DNA of 64,000 nucleotides from Verrucomicrobiota bacterium (lineage in GTDB: Bacteria; Verrucomicrobiota; Verrucomicrobiia; Limisphaerales; CANJSG01), in assembly GCA_038209745.1 (NCBI GenBank), contig JBBQXJ010000011.1:1-64000 (forward strand), written 5' to 3'. Numbering within the stretch: the first letter of the stretch is position 1; each line of letters starts with the position of its first letter. A model generated the notes under the pieces. The model did not search any database. It was not told the origin of the DNA and worked only from the letters and a program-made list of their open reading frames with translations. A program made the position numbers and the translations under genes. Positions 38,510-48,892 of the stretch are shown here, one piece after another.

Positions 38510-39169
38510 ATGCCCAAATGGGCCAAAACCATCGTCGCTCTTCTCTTGTTGCCGCTCTGCCTTGGAGCGGTGCGGACGCTTTGGTCGGTGGTGTCGGCCT
38601 CCGGGAGCGCCCAGACCGCGTGGGTGGCGCTACTCGGCGGCGTGGCCTGTTGGATCGTCGTGTTCCTCGTCCTGCCCCGGCCAATGTGGCTCTACGTCGT
38701 GGGCCATGAACTGACGCATGCGATCTGGGTCTGGCTCTTCGGCGGCAAGGTCAAGAAATTCAGGGCGTCGTCGAAAGGCGGGCATGTCGTCGTCAGCAAG
38801 AACAACTTCCTCATCGCGCTCGCGCCCTACTTTTTTCCCATCTACGCCGTGCTGCTGGTGTTCGTCTTTCTGGCCGGACACCTGGTCTGGAACTGGTCCG
38901 CACTGACGCCCTGGTTCCATTTGCTGCTGGGCGCCGCCTACGCCTTCCATGTGACGCTCACGGCCCATGTGCTGAGAACGCGGCAAAGCGACATCTCCAG
39001 CCAAGGCTACGTCTTCTCGGCGGTGGTGATCTTCCTCGGAAACGTCCTCGTGCTGATGGTCGCCGTGCCGCTCCTGACGGGGCGGACTGGGTTGCTGGGC
39101 GTGCTCGGCTGGTGGATGCGCGACACCGGCTCGATCCTCCGGCGTCTTGGCGGCATGATCGCGGGCTAA
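38510..39169 (+). CDS. Membrane protein with HExxH motif (M50-like metallopeptidase)
   Basis: HELTH, ALAPY, several TM helices. Confidence 0.65.
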   Translation: MPKWAKTIVALLLLPLCLGAVRTLWSVVSASGSAQTAWVALLGGVACWIVVFLVLPRPMWLYVVGHELTHAIWVWLFGGKVKKFRASSKGGHVVVSKNNFLIALAPYFFPIYAVLLVFVFLAGHLVWNWSALTPWFHLLLGAAYAFHVTLTAHVLRTRQSDISSQGYVFSAVVIFLGNVLVLMVAVPLLTGRTGLLGVLGWWMRDTGSILRRLGGMIAG

Positions 39170-39477
39170 TGGCGCATCGATTCCTTGTCGCCCGTCTATT
39201 TGGCGACTTGATCGAACCGGTTTCGAACCAGGCCGACTTGGTCAACTGTGAGGGGCTTCGGGGGCAAACAATCCACGTCGTCGCCGCCCTTGAGCACGGC
39301 TTCCAGACGGTCCGGACGCAGTTCGCCCTTTTGCCGCCTCCTCCCCATGGCGTCCAAAGCGAAACGCCTCCAGGATCGGACGAATGTCCCTGAAGCAGGC
39401 GACACCGACGGTCGGGGCGGCGGGCGGCAGGTTGCTGACGTCAACCTTGCCGATGTCCCATTTTTCATCTGGGACGG

Positions 39478-40026
39478 CTACGCGGCCGACGCCGGGGCCG
39501 ACTGCGATTCCACCCAACGAGCCATGAGCCAGAGGGTGTCCGACAGGCGGTTCAGGTAGACGAGAATCTCCGCGTTGCTGAGCCCCCCGGCATCATGGAG
39601 CGCGCAGACGCGGCGCTCGGCCCGGCGACAGGTGGTGCGGGCGACGTCGAGAGCCGCCGAATTCACCGAGTCTCCCGGAGTGGCCCAACCCTTGAACGAC
39701 ACGTTCTGCGCCTCGATCCCCCGCACGAGGCCGTCGAGCTTTTCGGTGAGCGCAGAGCCGACGAGGGTGAACCCGTCGGCGGCATAGCGGGGAAGGTCTT
39801 CGATGCCCGTCGCGAGCTCCCCCATGACGGTCACGAGATCCTTTTGGACGACGAGAAGATTGTCGCGGATGAAGGCGTGGGCCGCCGTCGCGCGGGCCGT
39901 GCCGAGCGCGGAATTGACCTCGTCGACGCTGCCGTAGGCTTCGACGCGCGGGTGGCACTTGGAGACACGCCGATTATACATCAGACCGGTCAGGCCGGCG
40001 TCTCCCGTTTTGGTGGCGATGCTCAT
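39478..40026 (-). CDS. PduO-type cob(I)alamin adenosyltransferase
   Basis: TKTGD.G.T, YGSVDE.NS, R..CRRAER, YLNRLSD. Confidence 0.92.
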   Translation of the reverse strand: MSIATKTGDAGLTGLMYNRRVSKCHPRVEAYGSVDEVNSALGTARATAAHAFIRDNLLVVQKDLVTVMGELATGIEDLPRYAADGFTLVGSALTEKLDGLVRGIEAQNVSFKGWATPGDSVNSAALDVARTTCRRAERRVCALHDAGGLSNAEILVYLNRLSDTLWLMARWVESQSAPASAA

Positions 40027-40345
40027 GAAGTTGGGAAGATACGCCTCGGAATCCGAGCTGCAACCGACGAAGGAGCGGATTCACCGAAGTGGGAACGTGA
40101 GAATCCCGGAGACCGCGGTCCGCAGGTTTGCGAGCCGTTTTCGGGACGGTGGCCAGGCACGTGCCTGATCTTGCGGCAGTGTCCCGGAGCGGTGGATCAA
40201 TGCGGAACATTCTCCCGGTCGGGACATCTCCACCGCAGGGATTTGATCGTCATTCCGAAGACCCGGAACGCGCTGGCATCCGTGCTGCTGAATCGGAGGC
40301 AACGATCGGGACCCAACGATCTCCACCTCCGACAACGAAGCAGAC

Positions 40346-41221
40346 ATGAACGAACTCATCTCACCGGGCACGGAACTTTTGGACGGCCCGTCCGCCTCCA
40401 TCACTTCGGCGCCGCCCTATCTGACCAGGCCCATCAAGATCCCGAAAGGCCCCTTTCGCTGCAGGATCCACCTGCCCATCGGCGCGGGATACGAGGTGCA
40501 GGCTTCGACCGATCTGGGCCAGTGGACCGTGGTCACGCGGAACACTTCGGCGGATGAATCGGTCGAATTCCTCGACGCCCAGGCGAGCGGTCTGCCCGCG
40601 CGGTTCTATCGTGTGGTGGTGGGCGGAGCGTGCTCGCGCAACATCGTCGGCTATGCCGGAACGGTCGCGCCGCAGGGCTTCGCGATGATCACGAACCCTT
40701 TCACAAACGACGACAACACCATCGCCTGGCTCCTGCCCCGCGTCCCCGAGAACACCACTCTCTGCAAGTTCGACCCCCGCTTGAGCCGGCTTACGAACAA
40801 CTCGTTCAAGGGCGGCAAATGGAGCTTCGGCGGCGAACGGCTCGATCCGGGTGAGGGCGCCCTTTTCTTCAATCCGACCTTTGATCCGATCCATATCGAT
40901 TTCGCCGGCGAGGTCCAGCAGGGCGTGCTGATCAACCAGCTGGACGCCGGATTCTCGATGCGGGGCTCCATGCTCCCCCGCTCGGGCAGGATCTGCGCCG
41001 ATCTCGGTCTGCCGATCCAGGAGGGCGATGTGATCCACGTCTTCGACCGGAAGGAGCAGCGCTACCAGGTGCTGAAGTTCCCGATGAAGAACTGGCACTC
41101 GGCCCAGCCTGCGCTTGGTCTGTGCGAGGGCTTCTGGCTGGGCAAGGCGACCGGCAGCAAGTGGGTCCAGAAGGTGGAGCCCCCCGTCGCGATCTCCACC
41201 GGGGTCCGTCGGCCGGCGTGA
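40346..41221 (+). CDS. Hypothetical protein with YxVQASTDL..W/RFYRV module and S.NIVGY domain
   Basis: Long ORF with typical codon usage; motifs resemble those of verrucomicrobial extracellular proteins. Confidence 0.65.
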   Translation: MNELISPGTELLDGPSASITSAPPYLTRPIKIPKGPFRCRIHLPIGAGYEVQASTDLGQWTVVTRNTSADESVEFLDAQASGLPARFYRVVVGGACSRNIVGYAGTVAPQGFAMITNPFTNDDNTIAWLLPRVPENTTLCKFDPRLSRLTNNSFKGGKWSFGGERLDPGEGALFFNPTFDPIHIDFAGEVQQGVLINQLDAGFSMRGSMLPRSGRICADLGLPIQEGDVIHVFDRKEQRYQVLKFPMKNWHSAQPALGLCEGFWLGKATGSKWVQKVEPPVAISTGVRRPA

Positions 41222-41357
41222 CGGTTTGTCCCGGCACGCGGGCCTTCGACCCGCGCTTGAACCGGGCCGCAAGTCGGGGCTTCGTCCTGTCTCGCGGAAA
41301 AACAAGAGCGGGCGCGGCCAGCGATGGCCGCGCCCGCCAGGTCGTTTGGAGCCCGGG

Positions 41358-42680
41358 TCAGGGCTGGGGGTCGACTCCCGGCGGGAGCGCGGGCTGGCCG
41401 GGGAGGAAGTCCGAATCCTGCTTGAGATAGAGGGTCTGCGTGGGGAACGCGAACCCGATGCCGGCCGCGTCGAAGCGCGTTTTGATCTCGATGTTGAAGG
41501 CCTGCATCGCGTCGAGATACTCCTTGTAATCGGTCGATCTGAACCAGTGGATGACGACGATGTTCAAGGACGAGGCGGCGAAGGAGTTGAAGGAGATCCA
41601 GACGTTCTCGGTCTTCTCGTTCTTGTAGACCGCCGCCAAGATCGCCAGGGCTTCCCGCACTTTTTCCGTCGGCGTGTCGTAGGTGACGCCGATGTTCATC
41701 ACCGTCTTGATGTTCGGGCGACGGGAGACGTTGGTGATGGTGGCGTTGCCCATCGTCTTGTTCGGAACGGTGATCAGATGTCCGTCGAGGTTGCGGACAC
41801 GGGTGGAGCGGATGCCGATCTGCTCGACCGTGCCGTCCACCGAGTCGAGCTGGACGCGGTCACCGACCTTGAACGGCTTGTCGAGGAAGACCGTCGCGGC
41901 GCCGAACAGATTGGCCACCGTGTCTTGCGCGGCCAAACCGAGGGCCAGTCCGACGACGGACAGCGAGGCCAGCACACTAGTGATGTTCATGCCGAGATTG
42001 TCCGAAGTGAGCAGCACCGCGATGACCACGATGAAGGTCTTCATGGCGCCGCGCAGGATCGGCAGCAGCTGGTCGTGCAACGAATCCGGATCCCGCGCCG
42101 CCATGTTCTTCGCCCATTTGCCCAGAAGCAGATCGACCAGCTTCAGCAGCAGGTAGGTGACGGAAAACGCGACGATCAGCAGGAAGCCCTTGTTGATGAA
42201 CCCCTCGGCCCAAGCGGGCCAGGCGAACAGCTTCAGCCCGATGTTCAGCAGGATTATGAAGACGATGATCTTCGCTGGGCCGCGCAGGAGCTCGATGAAG
42301 ATGTCGTCCAGGTCCGTTTTCGTCTTCTTGGTCCAGGCCTTCAGCCAGACACCCAGAAGGAGGTCGAAGACTTTCGAGAGCAGATAGGCGAGGACGACGT
42401 AGACGAAGAAGGCGACGTATTGCCAACGCGGATTGCCCATGAACCGGGGTTTCAACGCCGGAATCTCGTCGAGACCAAACCGCAGGAAGACGTAGTTGGA
42501 ACTGTTTGGATCCGGGGCCTGAAGGAGTTCGATGAGCGTCCTCGCATTGGTCGACGAGAGCGAGTTGGTGTCGGAGGACGAGGTTTGATTGGTTTGGGCG
42601 GAAGCGCTGGAGAGGCAGATCGCGACCATCACGATCAGGACCAGCGCTGATTTGAGCAGGGTTTGAATTGGCAGGCGCAT
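41358..42680 (-). CDS. mscS: Small-conductance mechanosensitive channel (MscS family)
   Basis: GLA.QDT..N.F, PFKVGD, G.VE.IGIRST, IGFAFPTQ. Confidence 0.9.
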   Translation of the reverse strand: MRLPIQTLLKSALVLIVMVAICLSSASAQTNQTSSSDTNSLSSTNARTLIELLQAPDPNSSNYVFLRFGLDEIPALKPRFMGNPRWQYVAFFVYVVLAYLLSKVFDLLLGVWLKAWTKKTKTDLDDIFIELLRGPAKIIVFIILLNIGLKLFAWPAWAEGFINKGFLLIVAFSVTYLLLKLVDLLLGKWAKNMAARDPDSLHDQLLPILRGAMKTFIVVIAVLLTSDNLGMNITSVLASLSVVGLALGLAAQDTVANLFGAATVFLDKPFKVGDRVQLDSVDGTVEQIGIRSTRVRNLDGHLITVPNKTMGNATITNVSRRPNIKTVMNIGVTYDTPTEKVREALAILAAVYKNEKTENVWISFNSFAASSLNIVVIHWFRSTDYKEYLDAMQAFNIEIKTRFDAAGIGFAFPTQTLYLKQDSDFLPGQPALPPGVDPQP

Positions 42681-42765
42681 ACGGAGGCAATTTTAGGACC
42701 TCAATTCTCCGAGGCAAGAGATGGAGTCCCGGGGGAGGGTTGAACCGCCGAACAGGGGAAGCTCT

Positions 42766-42971
42766 TCACCCTCCCGCGACGATCCGCACGATCTCCAAGC
42801 GGTCGCCATCGTTGAGCGTGCGACCGGGAAATTCGGAGGGCGCCACCGCCTCGCCATTGTGCTCCACCACGACGCTGCGGGGCGGAAGGTTCCTGGCGAT
42901 CAGGAACGCTTCCAACGTGCAGGGCGTGGGGGCTTCGACGGGTTCGCCGTTGGCGATGACGGAGCCCGGAT

Positions 42972-42975
<4 letters not shown>
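42766..42975 (-). CDS. thiS: Sulfur carrier protein ThiS
   Basis: ANGE, VVEHNG, GDRLEIV..VAGG C-terminus. Confidence 0.85.
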
Positions 42976-44024
<1,049 letters not shown>

Positions 44025-44120
44025 GGGGAAAGGCTAACGAGACACTGTCCCAGCCGGAAGTCCCGTAATTCCAAACGAGAGCGGCTGGCAATGTGTCGAA
44101 GTATGTCTTAAACCGACGGG

Positions 44121-44741
44121 GTGCCGAACGAACCCGAACGCCTCCTCGTCTCCCGCTGTCTGGCGGGCGAGGCCGATGCTTGGGACGAGATGTTTTCGGC
44201 GCACTATTCCGCGACGGCCCGGTTCATCTTCCAGATCTCGGGCGACTTTTCCCGGGAAGACGCCGAAGAGATCGCGCAGGAGACGTTCCTCTCCGTAGTC
44301 CAGCATCTGCATGGATTCCAGGGCGGGAGCCAGCTGCAGACGTGGATCTTCCGCATCGCCGGGAACAAGGCGCGGGATTTTCTGGAGAAACGGAACGCGG
44401 CCAAGCGCGGCGGAGGCCAGCTCGCGTTGTCGCTCGACGCGGAGGATCCGGAATCCGGCCTTTCGCTCGATCCGGCGGCGCCGTTGCCGTCTCCCGACGT
44501 CCTTCTACAGCAGGCCGAAACGGCCAAGATCGTGACCGACGCCCTGGCGGCAATGGAGGTCCCGTGTCGCGAGGTGATCGAGCTGCGCTACTTCGGTGAT
44601 CGCAGCTACGAGGAGATCTCCGGAGAACTGGGGCTCAGCGTGAAGACGGTCAGCTCACGCCTGAGCAAGTGTCTGGACCGGCTGGAGGGAATTGCGCGCC
44701 GATTGTTTTCCCGGAAGAACTCGCCGCCGAATCCCGTCTGA
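44121..44741 (+). CDS. ECF RNA polymerase sigma factor
   Basis: DAEEIAQETF, TWIFRIA.N, SYEEI...TVSSRL. Confidence 0.9.
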   Translation: MPNEPERLLVSRCLAGEADAWDEMFSAHYSATARFIFQISGDFSREDAEEIAQETFLSVVQHLHGFQGGSQLQTWIFRIAGNKARDFLEKRNAAKRGGGQLALSLDAEDPESGLSLDPAAPLPSPDVLLQQAETAKIVTDALAAMEVPCREVIELRYFGDRSYEEISGELGLSVKTVSSRLSKCLDRLEGIARRLFSRKNSPPNPV

Positions 44742-44756
44742 CCCGGGGCGAACCCC

Positions 44757-45758
44757 ATGCCTGAAGAACCGAAACAACCGATCGAAGAACTGCTGGAGGC
44801 CCACGCCTTGAGGCGGCGGGCCGAAGGAGGCCAGTTCGAATTGCACGAGGCCACCCGCCATTTGTTGCGTGGTGAGGCGCTCCGCCACCACAGACCCGAG
44901 GCCACCGTAGAGCGGTCCGCTCCCGCGCGTTCGGCGTGGTTTTTCCTGTGGACCCGCTTGGCGGGGGCGTTCGGGTTTGTCGCGCTGGCGGGTCTCGCGG
45001 TGTTGGTCATCCAGCAGTTGGCTCCGCCGCATAGAAGCGATTTGGCCCGGTTGGAACCTACGGCCACCAGCAGCCGGTCCATCCTGGCCGCGCCCGGCAG
45101 CACCATCGCGCCGGCTGCCCTCTCGAAAGCCATTCTTCCGGCGGGATCCTCTCTGTCGGTCACGGAAACGGCTCCAGCGGCGCCCGCCTCGATCATGGCG
45201 GCGGACCGCAGCCGGGACCTTTCTTCCGCCGACCTCCGTCAATCCCCATCCCCGGCGCCGGTCCGAGTGGCCAGCCTCGCTGCGGAAACCCGCGACTCGA
45301 AGATGGAAGCGAAGGCCAAATCCATGACCGTTCCGGCGGCGAATGCACCACCCACGTCCGCAGCCCTAGCGGCGGGACCGCTTTTGGGGACGGTGTTCCG
45401 CCGGGTGGAGACGGCCGACGGGCTGAGGCGCAACCTCCAGTCTCCAAGATTGCCCTCCGTATTGAAGTCGTTCAACGCATCGTTGCTCGGCAATCGGCTG
45501 CGGTTGGAGGAGGCTGACGGGTCGGTCTACCTCGGTGATGTTGACCCGAGCGACGGGGCCTTTTCCTTGGTGGGCACGAACCGCGCGACAGGCTTGGTCG
45601 TTCGGTTCAGCGGACACGCGACGATGGCGCCGGCGCTGGTCGGTTTGGCGGGCGTTTCCCGGACCGGTTCGGCTGTGTCCGTGCCGAAGATTTTGGAGGG
45701 GACGGTCGCTCTGGGTGATCGGCAGCAGTGGAGGCTCCGGGCCGAAGCCCGGCCTTGA
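44757..45758 (+). CDS. Putative membrane-anchored anti-sigma factor
   Basis: Follows the ECF sigma gene; short N-terminal domain, one TM helix, long extracytoplasmic part. Confidence 0.55.
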   Translation: MPEEPKQPIEELLEAHALRRRAEGGQFELHEATRHLLRGEALRHHRPEATVERSAPARSAWFFLWTRLAGAFGFVALAGLAVLVIQQLAPPHRSDLARLEPTATSSRSILAAPGSTIAPAALSKAILPAGSSLSVTETAPAAPASIMAADRSRDLSSADLRQSPSPAPVRVASLAAETRDSKMEAKAKSMTVPAANAPPTSAALAAGPLLGTVFRRVETADGLRRNLQSPRLPSVLKSFNASLLGNRLRLEEADGSVYLGDVDPSDGAFSLVGTNRATGLVVRFSGHATMAPALVGLAGVSRTGSAVSVPKILEGTVALGDRQQWRLRAEARP

Positions 45759-45761
45759 ACC

Positions 45762-46418
45762 ATGGCCAAATCTCCGATCCCAGACCGATTCCTGCATGAA
45801 CGGGAGCTGCTCTCCTCCGGAACTTGGCCCGTTGCGGGCGTGGATGAAGCAGGGCGCGGCCCTTTGGCGGGACCCGTGGTCGCGGCGGCACTGATGTTTC
45901 CTGAGAAGTGGGTCCGTGACGGTTTGCCCGCGCCGCTGCGGAAGGTGAACGACTCAAAGCAGTTGAGTGAAACAGTCCGCGAAGAATTGTTCGCCGAGCT
46001 CACTGGCCGCTCGGAGATCCGGTTCGCCATCGCGCAGGTCGAGGCACCCCGCATCGACGAAATCAACATCCTCCAAGCCACCCACTGGGCGATGAACGAG
46101 GCGTTGACCGCCTTGATCGAAGTTCCGACGCACGCGCTGGTGGATGGTCTGCGGGTGAAGTCGCTTCGATTCCCACAGACACCTCTGGTCAAAGGGGATT
46201 CAAAGTCGTTCTCCATCGCGGCGGCCAGCATTCTAGCCAAGGTCACCCGCGACCGCCGCATGGTCCGCTACGACCGGGAATTCCCCGGCTACGGATTTGC
46301 CATCCACAAGGGCTATCCAACGCCCGATCATCTCGACGCGTTGAAGCGCCTTGGCCCAACGCCGATCCATCGCCGCAGTTTTGCCCCGCTCAGGGCGGTG
46401 CAGTTGACCCTGTGCTGA
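45762..46418 (+). CDS. rnhB: Ribonuclease HII
   Basis: GVDEAGRGPLAGPV, DSK, KGD, IAAASILAKV.RD, HRRSF. Confidence 0.97.
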   Translation: MAKSPIPDRFLHERELLSSGTWPVAGVDEAGRGPLAGPVVAAALMFPEKWVRDGLPAPLRKVNDSKQLSETVREELFAELTGRSEIRFAIAQVEAPRIDEINILQATHWAMNEALTALIEVPTHALVDGLRVKSLRFPQTPLVKGDSKSFSIAAASILAKVTRDRRMVRYDREFPGYGFAIHKGYPTPDHLDALKRLGPTPIHRRSFAPLRAVQLTLC

Positions 46419-46448
46419 GGCGGTTACGACGGGCGGGAGGCTCCCAAG

Positions 46449-46500
46449 TTGACACGGCGAACCGGGTGGTTAATCTATTTCCAGACAAAGTTGGTCTTCT
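46449..46500 (+). promoter_or_regulatory. Sigma-70-like promoter with candidate Rrf2/IscR operator
   Basis: TTGACA-16 nt-TAATCT, followed by AGAC-AAAGTTG-GTCT (GAC-N7-GTC dyad, 46483-46497). Confidence 0.55.
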
Positions 46501-46512
46501 TTCTCCGATAAC

Positions 46513-47031
46513 ATGCAAATCACACGCGCAGGCGAATACGGAATGCTGGGCCTCATGGCTCTGGCCCGCCGTCCTTTGGGTGATATCGTGATGCTGGATA
46601 TCATCGCCAGCGAAGAGGAGATTCCCGTGAGCTTTCTCGGGAAGATCTTCCAGAATCTGACCAAGGCGGGATTCGTCCGCTCGGCCCGTGGATCCAAAGG
46701 CGGCTTCAGTCTGCTTCGATCCCCGGAGGAAATCACCGTGCTGGAGGTCATCGAATCCATCGAAGGCAAGATCGCGTTCCAGCGATGCCAAGAAGACAAG
46801 CCTGACTGCACCCACATGGGCGGCTGCGCCCTGTGCGGGCTTTTCAGCGAAGCTCAGGACAAGGTGAAGGAAGTCTTCGCCCGCACCACCGTGGCCTCGT
46901 TGACCCGGCAGCACACTCCCTTTTCGGACCATCAGGAGCAACACGGTCTGACCGGCCCCAAACACCAACCCGGCAAACCGGTTCCCGAGCATCTGATCCA
47001 GCTTTCCAAATCACCCCAAACCGTTAACTGA
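46513..47031 (+). CDS. iscR: Rrf2-family Fe-S regulator (IscR-like)
   Basis: S.RG.KGG, C-x6-C-x5-C ligand cluster; first gene of the Fe-S operon. Confidence 0.75.
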   Translation: MQITRAGEYGMLGLMALARRPLGDIVMLDIIASEEEIPVSFLGKIFQNLTKAGFVRSARGSKGGFSLLRSPEEITVLEVIESIEGKIAFQRCQEDKPDCTHMGGCALCGLFSEAQDKVKEVFARTTVASLTRQHTPFSDHQEQHGLTGPKHQPGKPVPEHLIQLSKSPQTVN

Positions 47032-47039
47032 ACAATTTT

Positions 47040-47468
47040 ATGAGCGACACCTATACCCTCTACAACGACACGGTCATGGAGCATTTCATGAACCCCCGGA
47101 ACATGGGCGACATCAAGGATGCCGACGGCGTCGGCGAAGTCGGCGCGGCGGCCTGTGGCGACATCATGAAGATCTCCCTCAGGATCAAGGACGGGAAGAT
47201 CGAGGACGCCCGCTTCAAGACCTTCGGCTGCGGCTCGGCCATCGCCAGCTCCAGCATGGCCACCGAACTCATCAAGGGCCGGACCATTGACGAGGCCATG
47301 AACTTCTCCAACCAAGAAGTCGTGGACGCCCTCGGCGGTCTGCCCCCGGTGAAGATCCATTGCTCGGTGCTGGCCGAGGAAGCCCTCAAGGCCGCGCTGG
47401 AAGACTACGTGAAGAAGCACCCTGAACTGGCGGCGAAGGCTCAGAAGACCGAAGCTGCAGTCGCTTAA
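47040..47468 (+). CDS. iscU: Fe-S scaffold IscU/NifU
   Basis: NPRNMG, ACGD, FKTFGCGSAIASSS, LPPVKIHCS. Confidence 0.95.
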   Translation: MSDTYTLYNDTVMEHFMNPRNMGDIKDADGVGEVGAAACGDIMKISLRIKDGKIEDARFKTFGCGSAIASSSMATELIKGRTIDEAMNFSNQEVVDALGGLPPVKIHCSVLAEEALKAALEDYVKKHPELAAKAQKTEAAVA

Positions 47469-47552
47469 GACTTCGGAAGCCTAGTGCGTGAAGCGAGTCG
47501 GATTGACGGGAGATCCCGATCATCCGGCGCGTAGATCACGCACTCACTTTTT

Positions 47553-48818
47553 ATGCGCCAAGTATTTCTAGACCATCAGTCCGCCACCCCGGTTCTGCCG
47601 GAGGTGTTCGACGCGATGAAGCCCTATTTCACCGAGTACTTCGGAAACCCTTCGTCGCTCCATCAACATGGGCTCCGCGTCCGCGACGCGCTCAAGAAGG
47701 CCCGCCAGCAAATGGCCGCGTTGATCAATGCCGACAGCGAAGAGGAGATCTTCTTCACCTCGGACGGCACCGAGTCCGCCAACCTTGCGATCAAAGGCGT
47801 GGCCTATGCCAATGAGCGCAAGGGCAAGCACCTCGTCGTCTGCGCCACCGAGCATCCGAGCATCATGTTGTCGGTCGAGTTCCTGGAGAAGCAGGGCTGG
47901 ACCTGCACCCAGGTGCCCGTTGATGCGGAAGGCGTCATCAATCTCGAAGCGCTGAAGGCCGCCATCACGAAGGAGACGACGCTCGTCGCCGTCCACTATG
48001 TGAACCACGATATCGGCACCATCCAGCCCATCGTCGAGGTGGGCCAGATCTGCGCCGAAAAGAGCGTCCCGCTCTACGTCGATTGCGAAGCCAGCGCCGG
48101 ATGGATGCCGATCGATGTGAAACAGTTCGGCGCCGCGTTGGTCAGCTTTTCGCCACATCGTTTCTACGGACCCAAAGGCGTGGGTGTCCTCTATCGCAAC
48201 AAGAAGGCCCGGATCGTCTCCATCATCCACGGTGGCGTGCAGGAAGGCGGCCGGCGTGCCGGCACTGAAAACATTCCGGCCATCGTCGGTGGCGGCGTGG
48301 CGGCGGAGATCGCCCTGCGCGAGATGCCCCAAAGAATCTCCCACGTCGCCAAGCTCCAGACGCGCCTTTGGGAAGGGCTGAAGTCCAAGGACAAGTTCAT
48401 CAAGTTGAACGGTCCCGAACCCGGCCCAAAACGGATCGCGACAAACCTGAACATCTCGACCGAGTTCATCGAGGGCGAAGGCCAGCTCCTGCTCTGCGAC
48501 ATGAACGGCATCGCCGTCGCCAGCGGATCGAGCTGCGTCAGCAAGAGCCTGAAGATCTCCCATGTGCTCGCCGCGATCGGTCTCGACCACGCGTTGGCCC
48601 AGGGGAACATCATCATGACCCTCGGCAAGGACAACACCGAGGAGGAGATCGACTATGTGGTGGAGACGTTCGGCAAGATCATCACCCGGCTCCGCGGCAT
48701 GTCCCCGATGTGGGATGAGTTCGAGCGCGGCGTGATCGATTCCGTCATCGCGCCGACCGGGCGGGGCAAGTCCTTCAGCCAGCACGCCGCCGAGATTTCG
48801 GGCAAGGCGGCCCATTGA
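47553..48818 (+). CDS. iscS: Cysteine desulfurase IscS/NifS
   Basis: GNPSS, TES.N, R.GTEN, SGSSC; the usual PLP lysine position in S.HK reads SPHR. Confidence 0.88.
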   Translation: MRQVFLDHQSATPVLPEVFDAMKPYFTEYFGNPSSLHQHGLRVRDALKKARQQMAALINADSEEEIFFTSDGTESANLAIKGVAYANERKGKHLVVCATEHPSIMLSVEFLEKQGWTCTQVPVDAEGVINLEALKAAITKETTLVAVHYVNHDIGTIQPIVEVGQICAEKSVPLYVDCEASAGWMPIDVKQFGAALVSFSPHRFYGPKGVGVLYRNKKARIVSIIHGGVQEGGRRAGTENIPAIVGGGVAAEIALREMPQRISHVAKLQTRLWEGLKSKDKFIKLNGPEPGPKRIATNLNISTEFIEGEGQLLLCDMNGIAVASGSSCVSKSLKISHVLAAIGLDHALAQGNIIMTLGKDNTEEEIDYVVETFGKIITRLRGMSPMWDEFERGVIDSVIAPTGRGKSFSQHAAEISGKAAH

Positions 48819-48892
48819 TTCCATTGCAGGCGGCTCACCACAAATGGGTTGCCGCTCCTTTTCCTTCCAACCTTTGAACCCTGTCCGCTGAG

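Noticed and set aside
39170..39470. Short minus-strand ORF with a globin-like stretch (LTVDQVGLVRNRFDQVA)
   Set aside because: Too short, interrupted by a stop and without further globin motifs
40027..40345. Cobalamin riboswitch upstream of the adenosyltransferase
   Set aside because: No convincing B12-box or conserved core found by eye; an Rfam scan would settle it
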